Shown: in pieces, positions 56,100 through 64,000 of the stretch
Layout: each line of letters begins with the position of its first letter
Numbering within the stretch: position 1 is the first letter of the stretch
Source: Chthoniobacterales bacterium
GTDB lineage: Bacteria; Verrucomicrobiota; Verrucomicrobiia; Chthoniobacterales; UBA6821
Assembly (NCBI GenBank): GCA_019747735.1
Contig: JAIEQL010000014.1
Span: 73,013 to 137,012, forward strand
Reading direction: 5' to 3'
Length of the DNA: 64,000 nucleotides
Notes under the pieces: model-generated
Databases searched by the model: none
Told to the model about the DNA's origin: nothing
The model's input: the letters and a program-made list of their open reading frames with translations, nothing else
Program-made: the position numbers and the translations under genes

Positions 56100-57146
56100 T
56101 TAATAAGTGTTACACTCTGAATAAAGTTGTTCTGCAACTTTTTGAAATACTTCACTACTAGGAGTTATTTTTTTTTGAGCAACAAGCGGCAGCCCTTCAT
56201 CACCAGAGGACCTGAGAGCGATGTCCAGAGGGATTTCGCCAAGTAGAGGAATGCCTAAATGAAGCGCTTCTTGAATGCCTCCCTCACTACCAAAAATCGC
56301 ATGACGCACGCCATCACTGGGAGAAAGAAAATAACTCATGTTTTCTACAATCCCAAGAAGAGGCACATTTGTTTTTTGAAACATGGCTGCTGCTTTGCGT
56401 ACATCAAGTAGAGCCACTTCTTGTGGCGTCGTCACCAAAACCGCTCCCGTAAGTGGAACTGTTTGGACAAGGGTAAGCTGAATATCACCAGTACCGGGAG
56501 GAAGATCCAAGAGGAGATAATCCAAATTTCCCCAAGCTACCTGCCGCAAAAATTGCTGAATATAACGACTCACCATCGGCCCACGAAGAACTGCGGGAGC
56601 GCCTTCTTCTAAAAGCAGCCCCATGGACATGAGGCGAATGCCATGTTTCTCAATGGGGATAATTTGATCCTGCTCATTGGCTTTTGGACGCTCTTTCGTA
56701 CCGCATAAGAAGGCCACGCTAGGTCCATACAGGTCACAATCACAGAGCCCAACGCTGGCTCCAAGTTGTTGCAAAGCTATTGCCAAATTGACAGCCACTG
56801 TTGATTTGCCAACACCTCCTTTTCCACTGGCAATAGCAATAATGTGGCGCACTCCTGGAATGCCTTGAGGGCCTGTTGCTGGAGCTGCCACAGGTGCTTG
56901 TATATCGATAAGCACCGTGACCTCACTAACGCCTGTGACTTTTTTGAGCGCTGCTTCAATTTCTTTTTTTAAAATGTTGGGAATAGCTGGTTCATTGGTC
57001 GAGAGCACCAGTTGCACCTTCACATCATTGCCATCTACAGCAACTTCTTTAACTAATCCAAAAGAGAGTATGTCTCGCCGAAACCCCGGATAACAGACGC
57101 TTGCCAAGGCATTTCGTAAATCTTGTTCTGAAAAAAGAGAAGGCAT
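56100..57146 (-). CDS. apbC: Mrp/ApbC-family Fe-S cluster carrier ATPase
   Basis: N-terminal DUF59-like domain, deviant Walker A SGKGGVGKST and a CDCD..GPS motif. Confidence 0.9.
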   Translation of the reverse strand: MPSLFSEQDLRNALASVCYPGFRRDILSFGLVKEVAVDGNDVKVQLVLSTNEPAIPNILKKEIEAALKKVTGVSEVTVLIDIQAPVAAPATGPQGIPGVRHIIAIASGKGGVGKSTVAVNLAIALQQLGASVGLCDCDLYGPSVAFLCGTKERPKANEQDQIIPIEKHGIRLMSMGLLLEEGAPAVLRGPMVSRYIQQFLRQVAWGNLDYLLLDLPPGTGDIQLTLVQTVPLTGAVLVTTPQEVALLDVRKAAAMFQKTNVPLLGIVENMSYFLSPSDGVRHAIFGSEGGIQEALHLGIPLLGEIPLDIALRSSGDEGLPLVAQKKITPSSEVFQKVAEQLYSECNTY

Positions 57147-57215
57147 AATAGAGGTAATGAGTGATGAGTAATAAGTGATGAGTGAAAAAATTGTTCGTTT
57201 GCCGACATGCCCTAA

Positions 57216-57971
57216 CTAAAGCCCTGTAGGATGATCCAGAAAACTCCAAGGCAAATTAAATTCTTTTTCAAGAAGTGCTCCCAAAGCCTTCACTCCAAAA
57301 GTCTCCGTGGCATAATGTCCCCCATAGATCAAATTGATCCCACGCTCTTCGGCCTCTTGATAAGTCCAATGAGTCCCTTCGCCTGTTACAAAAGTATCTA
57401 CTTCCTCTGGCGGCACAGAGGCTACCAAATTGCCAGCCCCACCAGAAACTACTACCACGTTCTTGATTTGATCAGGGCCTCCAGGAGCTAGATGAACAGG
57501 GCCTTCTAAGATTTGGGAAAGCTTTTCTAAAAAAAGCGTTCGTGCTATCGGATCACAGTGACCAACGTATCCAATGCGTTGATCTTGCACTTTCAATGCA
57601 GGCTTAAGATCTAGCAAGCCGAGCGCTCGTGCCAAAAGAGCGTTGTTTCCCACTTCGGGATGAAGATCGAGGGGAAGATGCGCACTATAAATGGCGAGGT
57701 TATGATTGATCGCACATTTGATCTTTTGATAATAGGACCCGGTTAAAGGCCGCAAGCCGCCCCAAAAGAGCCCATGATGTACAAGAAGAAGTGAGGCTTG
57801 TTGCTCCACTGCTTTTTCAATGACTGCAGCACAGGCATCAACAGCAACAGCAATACGGGTGACTTGACCATCATTAGCAAGCTGCAAGCCATTGTGAGCC
57901 TCAGGGTAATCTTTGATGGAAGCAACATTTAAAAAACTATCGAGGTAGTTAACAAGAGGGGTTAGTTGCAT
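57216..57971 (-). CDS. Nif3-family dinuclear metal centre protein
   Basis: 251 aa with DACAAVIEKA......LLLVHHGLFW and a C-terminal GHYATE motif. Confidence 0.85.
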   Translation of the reverse strand: MQLTPLVNYLDSFLNVASIKDYPEAHNGLQLANDGQVTRIAVAVDACAAVIEKAVEQQASLLLVHHGLFWGGLRPLTGSYYQKIKCAINHNLAIYSAHLPLDLHPEVGNNALLARALGLLDLKPALKVQDQRIGYVGHCDPIARTLFLEKLSQILEGPVHLAPGGPDQIKNVVVVSGGAGNLVASVPPEEVDTFVTGEGTHWTYQEAEERGINLIYGGHYATETFGVKALGALLEKEFNLPWSFLDHPTGL

Positions 57972-58255
57972 AGATACCTTTCTCTAAAACTTAAGAAGTT
58001 ATACTGCTGACTTCAAAAATCCCTTAATGGCCCAATCAAATTGAACGACCTTTTTTGCTTGGGGTTTCATACGACGCAGTAGGTTACTAGACACACTCAA
58101 GGAGTGTCAAATAGGAAGCTCCTGGCAAAAGGGCTGAAGACCAATACCAAGAGATAGCATCAACCAACGCCCTAAAGCAGTGAGCAGATTTTGTTCAGGT
58201 GGTCCAAGTCTTTGGAACAAAACTTTTATAGTGGATTACTATCCTCCAATAGCAT

Positions 58256-59908
58256 TCATTTTTTGAGCAACGTCCGAGCATGAGCCTTCGCAGAATCAGA
58301 ACTGCCTCCAAGCATTCGAGCAATCTCCTCTTCACGAATAGCTCCTTTGACTTCTATCAGTCTAGTACTAGTGCGCCCTTCATGGACTTCTTTTTGCACT
58401 ACAACTTGTGAAGCAGCTGCAGCAGCCACTTGAGGCAAATGGGTAATACAAAGGACTTGATGATCGCGCGCAAGCTCTCGCATTTTAGCTCCCACCTTAG
58501 AGGCAATTTCTCCTCCGACGTTGGCATCGATTTCATCAAACACCAACAGTGGAACACGATCTTGCCAAGCCATTGCTGATTTGAGGGCCAACATAACGCG
58601 CGAGATTTCTCCACTGGAGGCAATCATCCGCAACGGTTGCAGCGGCTCTCCAGGATTGGGAGCAAAAAGGAAATCAGCTTGTTCTCCTCCATCACAACTT
58701 GCCTCCTCCAATTTTTCTAAAAAAATCTCGAAACCCGCTTGACGAAACCCAAGATCTTTTAAGGCGGCAACGATAGCAACTGTTAATTTCTTGGCCCCCT
58801 TTTTGCGGTGCTCTGTAAGAAGGTTCTTTGCTTGGAACATCTTTCTTTGAGCTTCTTCTATGTTGCTATCTAAGGTAGAGAGTCTCTCTTGGCTGCTAGC
58901 CAGCAGCTCCAAACGCCTTGTTGCCTCCTCCCCATAAGCAATGACCTCAGCCAATGTTGCTCCATATTTTCGTTTGAGTTTTGCCAAAAGATCGAGGCGT
59001 TCTTCGATCTGTTGCTGCTCATTTTGATCAAGCTCGATGCTTTCATTATAATCATGAAACCGCCGCGCAAGCTGCTGTACTTTTTCGGAAATCAAGGTGA
59101 GCTCTTGGAATTCCTCTTCAGCACGGGTGTCCAATCGCGCCAACTCACGCACGGTTTTTGTGGTTTCAGCAAGCATAGAAGCAACACTTATTTCCTCTTC
59201 GTTGAGTCGCCCTACAGCAAGAACAGAAAGCTCGCGCAATCGCTGTCCATGAGTAGCCAGACGATGACGCGCGAGAAGCGCCTCTTCTTCTTCCGAATCA
59301 AGCTCGGCGCTATGGATTTCTTCAATCTCGCTGGTTAATTGCTCCAACAAGGCAGCATTTCCTATTGCTGCAGTCATCTCTTCTTTTTCTTTTAAAAGTG
59401 AAGAGATTTCCTTGCGACAAGCTAGGTAAAAAGAACGTTCTTTCAGTGCTCCACTAAAACTATCTAGCAAAAATGTCTGCTCACTGCGAGAAAAGAGAGA
59501 CTGGTGATCATGTGGTCCATGCAAGTCAACCAAGCGTTTTCCAAGATCTTTGAGCAACGCAAGATTACAAGCCGATCCATTGACAAACTGCCGCCCACTT
59601 GACTCTATAGTGATACTGCGTTTCAAGATCAACTCCCCTTCCCCACAAGGATCAATCCCTCGCTCTTCTAAAAAATCATCAAGCTCTTTTGTGTTCTGAA
59701 AATAAAAGACAGCCTCAATCGTTGCCGCTGTTGCCCCATGCCGCACAAGTCCTCGATCAGCACGCTCTCCAATGAGAAATTTCAGAGCTCCCAAAATAAT
59801 CGACTTACCTGCTCCCGTCTCTCCTGTCACAGCTACAAAACCGGAAGGCAACTCCCAGAAAAGTTCTTCAACCAGTGCCAAATTGCGAATAGTAAGAGAG
59901 CGGAGCAT
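58256..59908 (-). CDS. recN: DNA repair protein RecN
   Basis: MLRSLTIRNLALV...TGETGAGKSI (Walker A), a coiled-coil middle, SGGE signature and LVFDEIDA. Start moved to the Met of MLRSL. Confidence 0.92.
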   Translation of the reverse strand: MLRSLTIRNLALVEELFWELPSGFVAVTGETGAGKSIILGALKFLIGERADRGLVRHGATAATIEAVFYFQNTKELDDFLEERGIDPCGEGELILKRSITIESSGRQFVNGSACNLALLKDLGKRLVDLHGPHDHQSLFSRSEQTFLLDSFSGALKERSFYLACRKEISSLLKEKEEMTAAIGNAALLEQLTSEIEEIHSAELDSEEEEALLARHRLATHGQRLRELSVLAVGRLNEEEISVASMLAETTKTVRELARLDTRAEEEFQELTLISEKVQQLARRFHDYNESIELDQNEQQQIEERLDLLAKLKRKYGATLAEVIAYGEEATRRLELLASSQERLSTLDSNIEEAQRKMFQAKNLLTEHRKKGAKKLTVAIVAALKDLGFRQAGFEIFLEKLEEASCDGGEQADFLFAPNPGEPLQPLRMIASSGEISRVMLALKSAMAWQDRVPLLVFDEIDANVGGEIASKVGAKMRELARDHQVLCITHLPQVAAAAASQVVVQKEVHEGRTSTRLIEVKGAIREEEIARMLGGSSDSAKAHARTLLKK

Positions 59909-59914
59909 AACAAA

Positions 59915-60002
59915 ACAGGTCACAGGTTACAGGTTTAGAGGAAAAAGTAACGGTAACAAAAATTGCCTGTAATCTGCAACCTGTAACCTGTAATCTCTAA
60001 CC
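59915..60002. repeat. inverted array of caggtNa heptamer words in the recN / MBL-hydrolase divergent spacer
   Basis: caggttacagg (59923-33) is perfectly complementary to cctgtaacctg (59980-90). tagag pairs with ctcta at the outer ends. Confidence 0.7.
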
Positions 60003-60007
60003 TACAC

Positions 60008-60790
60008 ATGTCACTTCATCTCACCTTTCTAGGCACCGGCACCTCTCAAGGCGTTCCCATGATTGGCTGTTGCTGCCCTGTTTGCACTTCTCAAGATCCA
60101 CGAGATAAAAGAACGAGAACTTCTCTTCTAGTCAGCACTGCTGAAGTCACGATTCTCATCGATACGACTCCCGACCTGCGTTTTCAGAGCCTTCGCGAAG
60201 GCCTCCAGAGTATCGATGCCGTTCTTTTTACTCATTCTCACACAGATCATATCATGGGATTTGATGATTTGCGCCGTTTCTCAGAACTCAAAGACGCTCC
60301 GCTCCCTATTTATGCAGCTCCAGAAACAATGAGAAAAATTCAAGATGCTTTCTATTTTGTTTTTGAAAATCCCAAGCCAGCAAAAAACTATTTACGTGTA
60401 ACGCCTCAACTTATCAATGGCTCTTTTGCCATTGGTGATTTAGACATTATTCCAGTTCCATTAGCTCATGGCCGCATGACTACTCTTGGATTTATTTTTA
60501 AGAAAAAGGGACGCATTCTTCTTGCCTACTATACGGATTGCCAAGAAGTTTCTCCAGAAGCCCTCTCAGCAGCCTCCGGAGCAGAGGTTCTTATCCTAGA
60601 TGCATTGCGTGAGAGGCCCCATCCTACTCACATGAACTTTGCTACGGCCATCGCCGCTGCTCGCGAGATCCAAGCAAAGCGCACCTTTTTTCTCCATTTT
60701 TGCCATGATGTTTCTCATGCAAAAAAAGAAGAGGAACTCCCCGAGAAGATGGCATTGGCTTATGATGGACTGAAGGTTGATGTTGCTTAG
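60008..60790 (+). CDS. MBL-fold metallo-hydrolase, PhnP-like
   Basis: FLGTGTSQGVP..GC.C..C Cys cluster plus HSHTDH. Confidence 0.8.
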   Translation: MSLHLTFLGTGTSQGVPMIGCCCPVCTSQDPRDKRTRTSLLVSTAEVTILIDTTPDLRFQSLREGLQSIDAVLFTHSHTDHIMGFDDLRRFSELKDAPLPIYAAPETMRKIQDAFYFVFENPKPAKNYLRVTPQLINGSFAIGDLDIIPVPLAHGRMTTLGFIFKKKGRILLAYYTDCQEVSPEALSAASGAEVLILDALRERPHPTHMNFATAIAAAREIQAKRTFFLHFCHDVSHAKKEEELPEKMALAYDGLKVDVA

Positions 60791-60841
60791 AAGGGACTTT
60801 TCTCATTGCACAAGCAAAGGCACCTGCTTACTAATAGTCCC

Positions 60842-61266
60842 GCGTTGGCAGGCGATCGCTGAAAAGGAAGGGCTTTTCATAGGAGCTCTCTTTTTTAGAG
60901 GAAAGTCCGGACACCGTACGGCAGCATACCATCTAGAACAGATGGGAGGTCATGATGAAAATCAGGATCGACGGAAAGTATCACAGAAAACAAACCGCCA
61001 TGCGGGCAACTGCATGGTAAGGGTGAAAAGGCGGGGTAAGAGCCCACCGCTTTAAGCGCAAGCAAAGAGGCACGAGAAACCCTATGTGGTGCAAGATGGA
61101 ACAGGAGAAGAGGCAGCCGGCTTCGGCATTTCGCTTCGGCGAAAGAAACTCCGGGTAACATCGCACTTGTCTCCAGACAAGCGGTGATTCACGTCACTGA
61201 GAGAAATGATCGTCCAAGTCAAGTTTTTCTTGGCTTGACAGAATCCGGCTTATCGCCAACGCACTT
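60842..61266 (+). ncRNA. rnpB: RNase P RNA, bacterial type A
   Basis: GAGGAAAGTCCGG (P4 5' strand), ACAGAAAACAAACCGCC, GGTAAGGGTGAAA..GGGGTAAGAGCCCACCG, and ACAGAATCCGGCTTATCG (P4 3' strand). P1 pairs gcgttggc (60842-49) with gccaacgc (61255-62). Confidence 0.92.
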
Positions 61267-61270
61267 TAAC

Positions 61271-61307
61271 GAGGGTGGTTTTGAAAAAAATCACCCTCGT
61301 CTTTTTT
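61271..61307 (+). terminator. rho-independent terminator of rnpB
   Basis: gagggtg-N14-caccctc followed by gtctttttt. Confidence 0.8.
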
Positions 61308-61335
61308 AGCCTGGGTTCCGCGGTTAGAGTGGATG

Positions 61336-61394
61336 CTCATCCTTCAGATTATCTTTGGATAGCCTAAACTCTTCGGCCTTGTCTTAAGAAAAAG
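61336..61394. repeat. repeat modules Z and W (reverse-complemented), second locus
   Basis: ctcatccttcagattatctttggatagcc (61336-64) and gtcttaagaaaaag (61381-94) match 29964-92 and, reverse-complemented, 29943-57. Confidence 0.65.
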
Positions 61395-61495
61395 ATCGCC
61401 ATTTATAACTGCAACACTCGGATTAGAAAGAACAATCATGAAAGATACAAAAACCAAGCGAGTTCATCATTTTTGAACTCTCTTTTTGCAACTAG

Positions 61496-64000
61496 ATGGA
61501 TAATCTCTCAAACATGGAGCCAAATTATCTTATCGATGGATTTCAGAAAATTGATCGTGATCTTCAGTTTCTTATTAGTTGTTTTCGTGAAGTTCTTAAT
61601 GAACTAGGAGAAAAGGAGACAGCGGCATTACTCCCTTGGTTTTATCATCATGAAGAGCAGCCTCCCCTCACTCTTGAAAAAAATTTCAAAGGTTTAGAGC
61701 AAGCTTACTCAATTGCTTTTCAGCTACTCAACATTGTCGAAGCCAATGCTGCGGAGAGAACACGTACTCTGCGCGAAATAGGATCGGGCTTAAAAGCAGA
61801 GCGTGGTCTCTGGGGCAATCAACTTTTTCGTCTTCAACAAGCCGGATACTCTCCTGAAGAGATTGCTGCTTTTTTACCCAACGTGCGCGTTGAGCCAGTC
61901 TTTACAGCTCATCCCACAGAAGCAAAAAGAGGAGCCGTATTAGAGCAACATCGCATTTTGCATCAGCTCTTGGCTGCAGCTGATCAAGAAGGGCTCACTC
62001 CTTCTGAACAAAAAAACATTCGTCGAAAAATAAAAGTTTCACTCGAGAAATTATGGCGAAGTGGAGAGATTTTTTTAGATCAACCTAATGTCTCTGACGA
62101 ACGGCGTGGCATTCTTTTTTATCTACGCGATATTTTGCCTACAGCTATTCTGCGCCTCGATGATCGCTTGCGATGCGCTTGGGAGGAACTTGGTTTTTCC
62201 ACTTCTTTAATCACCAATCCCTCTCAACAGCCTCAACTCCGTTTTGGTATCTGGGCGGGAGGTGATCGTGATGGGCATCCTTTTGTGACGACAGAAGTCA
62301 CTCAGGCAACTTTTTCTGAACTGAGGCTTAATGCACTCTTGATTATTCATCGACAGCTTCAGGAGCTCTCAAGAGCATTGCCGCTTTCTAGCCATTTTCA
62401 ACAACCTTCTAAGGAGCTTTTGGAAGCCATTCGAAGGTTTCAAGAGGAATTAGGACCTCTCGCTCAAGCCATCTTTAATCGCTATTCAAAAGAACCATGG
62501 CGACAATTTGTATTACTCATTCAAGCAAAACTGCCACTTTCACTGCAACCCAACGGCACGGCTCTTCTGGATGAATCAAAAGCTCATTTTAAAGATCCCC
62601 AAGAAGTTGCTCAAGCATTACACATTCTCATAAGAAGCCTAGAATCTATCCAAGGAGATAGGCTAGTTCGAGATGCCCTTTGGCCTGTGTTGAGAATACT
62701 CTCTGTCTTTGGTTTTCACATAGCTGAACTAGATATCCGTCAAAACAGCAAGGTGCATGACGTTGCCCTCATGCAGATACTGCAAGCAGCGAACATTCCT
62801 GAAGCCGCAACCTTTTTAGAATGGGACGAAGAACGACGTCTCGCTTTTTTAAGAAAAGAGCTTTCGATCAATAAAAAACTTCTAGAATCGCATCATCCTT
62901 TAGACAAAAAACTCCTGATCAATTCAGAAGCTCAAGAAATTTTAGGTTGCTATGCATTATTACGCGAAGAATTAACGCAACATGGCTCCCAAGGAATAGG
63001 ATCTTTAATTGTCAGCATGACACGCAGGGTCTCTGATCTTTTGGTCGTCATGTTACTGGCACGCGAAGGCAACTTGGCAGCATGGGATGGTAAGACTTGG
63101 TTTTCTCTTTTACCAATTGTCCCCTTATTTGAAACCTATCACGACTTACACCAAAGCTCAGAGCTTCTCTCAGCCTATCTTCAAGAGCCATCAGCACTAG
63201 CCACTCTGGACTATCAACATAAAATAGACTATCACTCCACTTCTTTGAAAAAAAAGAAACGGACACAACAAATCATGATAGGCTACAGCGATAGCAATAA
63301 AGATTGTGGTATTCTTGCTAGCCAGTGGATTTTATATGAAGCCCAACATGCTATGAGCAAAGCGGCAGCTTCTTTGGGAATAGCTCTTCGTTTTTTTCAT
63401 GGCCGTGGTGGCACCATCAGTCGAGGAGCAGGGCCAACTCATCTTTTTCTCGATGCACTCCCTCCTCAATCGTTGCAAGGAGATCTGAGAATGACAGAAC
63501 AGGGAGAGACGATCGCTCAGAAATATGGAACCCCTACCAATGCAGTCTACCATTTAGAATTACTTCTAGCAGGGGTGACTGGTGTTTCTCTCTTAAAAAA
63601 TAAAAAAACATCCCTAAAGCAATTAGAACCTGTTTTCAAAACTGCTTCTTTCCTCGCACACGCAAGTCGCCAAGCCTACCAAGAACTCATTCATACAAAA
63701 GGATTCATCACCTTTTATGAACAAGCTACGCCGATTGACGCACTAGAGGCCACTCGCATTGGCTCTCGTCCAAAGCGCCGAAGTGGAGAGCGCACGTTGA
63801 GCGACTTGCGAGCCATTCCCTGGGTCTTCAGCTGGAATCAATCTCGCTACTTTCTGCCCGGATGGTTTGGTGTCGGAACCGCTCTCCAAGCCCTAGAAAA
63901 AGAGCATCCCGATTTATTTCAAGAGCTCGTTGTAAATTACAGAACCTCCCCTTTTCTTAATTATGTCTTATCCAATATAGAGACTAACCTGGCTAGCGCT
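61496..64000 (+). CDS. ppc: phosphoenolpyruvate carboxylase (3' end beyond window)
   Basis: Not in the supplied ORF track because no stop is reached. My translation from ATG 61496 is open for 835 codons and contains VFTAHPTE, MIGYSDSNKDCG and FHGRGGTISRGAGP. Confidence 0.9.
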   Translation, partial: MDNLSNMEPNYLIDGFQKIDRDLQFLISCFREVLNELGEKETAALLPWFYHHEEQPPLTLEKNFKGLEQAYSIAFQLLNIVEANAAERTRTLREIGSGLKAERGLWGNQLFRLQQAGYSPEEIAAFLPNVRVEPVFTAHPTEAKRGAVLEQHRILHQLLAAADQEGLTPSEQKNIRRKIKVSLEKLWRSGEIFLDQPNVSDERRGILFYLRDILPTAILRLDDRLRCAWEELGFSTSLITNPSQQPQLRFGIWAGGDRDGHPFVTTEVTQATFSELRLNALLIIHRQLQELSRALPLSSHFQQPSKELLEAIRRFQEELGPLAQAIFNRYSKEPWRQFVLLIQAKLPLSLQPNGTALLDESKAHFKDPQEVAQALHILIRSLESIQGDRLVRDALWPVLRILSVFGFHIAELDIRQNSKVHDVALMQILQAANIPEAATFLEWDEERRLAFLRKELSINKKLLESHHPLDKKLLINSEAQEILGCYALLREELTQHGSQGIGSLIVSMTRRVSDLLVVMLLAREGNLAAWDGKTWFSLLPIVPLFETYHDLHQSSELLSAYLQEPSALATLDYQHKIDYHSTSLKKKKRTQQIMIGYSDSNKDCGILASQWILYEAQHAMSKAAASLGIALRFFHGRGGTISRGAGPTHLFLDALPPQSLQGDLRMTEQGETIAQKYGTPTNAVYHLELLLAGVTGVSLLKNKKTSLKQLEPVFKTASFLAHASRQAYQELIHTKGFITFYEQATPIDALEATRIGSRPKRRSGERTLSDLRAIPWVFSWNQSRYFLPGWFGVGTALQALEKEHPDLFQELVVNYRTSPFLNYVLSNIETNLASA

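Noticed and set aside
60777-61166. ORFs 60777..61055 (+), 60895..61161 (-) and 60981..61166 (-)
   Set aside because: They overlap the RNase P RNA gene, whose conserved P4 and J11/12-like motifs explain this region.
1-64000. tRNA, rRNA, tmRNA, 6S RNA or prophage content
   Set aside because: I found no cloverleaf-compatible segments with GTTCRANYC T-loops in the spacers I read, no rRNA-like stretches, and no phage structural or integrase genes. The long hairpin repeats superficially resemble 6S RNA, but they are multi-copy and overlap gene ends.

Overview
AT-rich bacterial chromosomal segment with dense, mostly housekeeping coding and little Shine-Dalgarno signal; two genes appear to start at GTG. 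Genes I can recognise from the translations: gatCA, pdxJ, surE-dapF-dapA-dapB-folK-panB, metK-ahcY with a SahR-like regulator, parB, cca, comM, a sigma-70 factor, a DEAD-box helicase, argS, glyQS, nrdB, pyrC, glk, serA, mrp/apbC, nif3, recN, RNase P RNA and ppc. The nrdB product looks like a chlamydial-type class Ic R2, so a PVC-superphylum relative is plausible. That placement is only an inference. Three things stand out. (1) Three giant secreted K/E/Q/W-rich helical proteins share a signal peptide and an N-terminal module, then diverge completely; together they cover about 19% of the window. I recognise no known domain in them. (2) Several families of 120-170 nt palindromic repeat elements sit at gene ends, donate stop codons or C-terminal codons, and in one case insert exactly 55 codons in frame into folK. 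(3) There are signs of genome decay: IS1595 and IS630 transposase remnants, a frameshifted ydcF-like gene fused to a GNAT remnant, and a degraded spacer. A higBA toxin-antitoxin pair and a class A beta-lactamase are also present. No tRNA, rRNA or CRISPR array was found. All calls come from reading the sequence and from motif memory, with no database search. Hand-derived coordinates may be off by a few nt.
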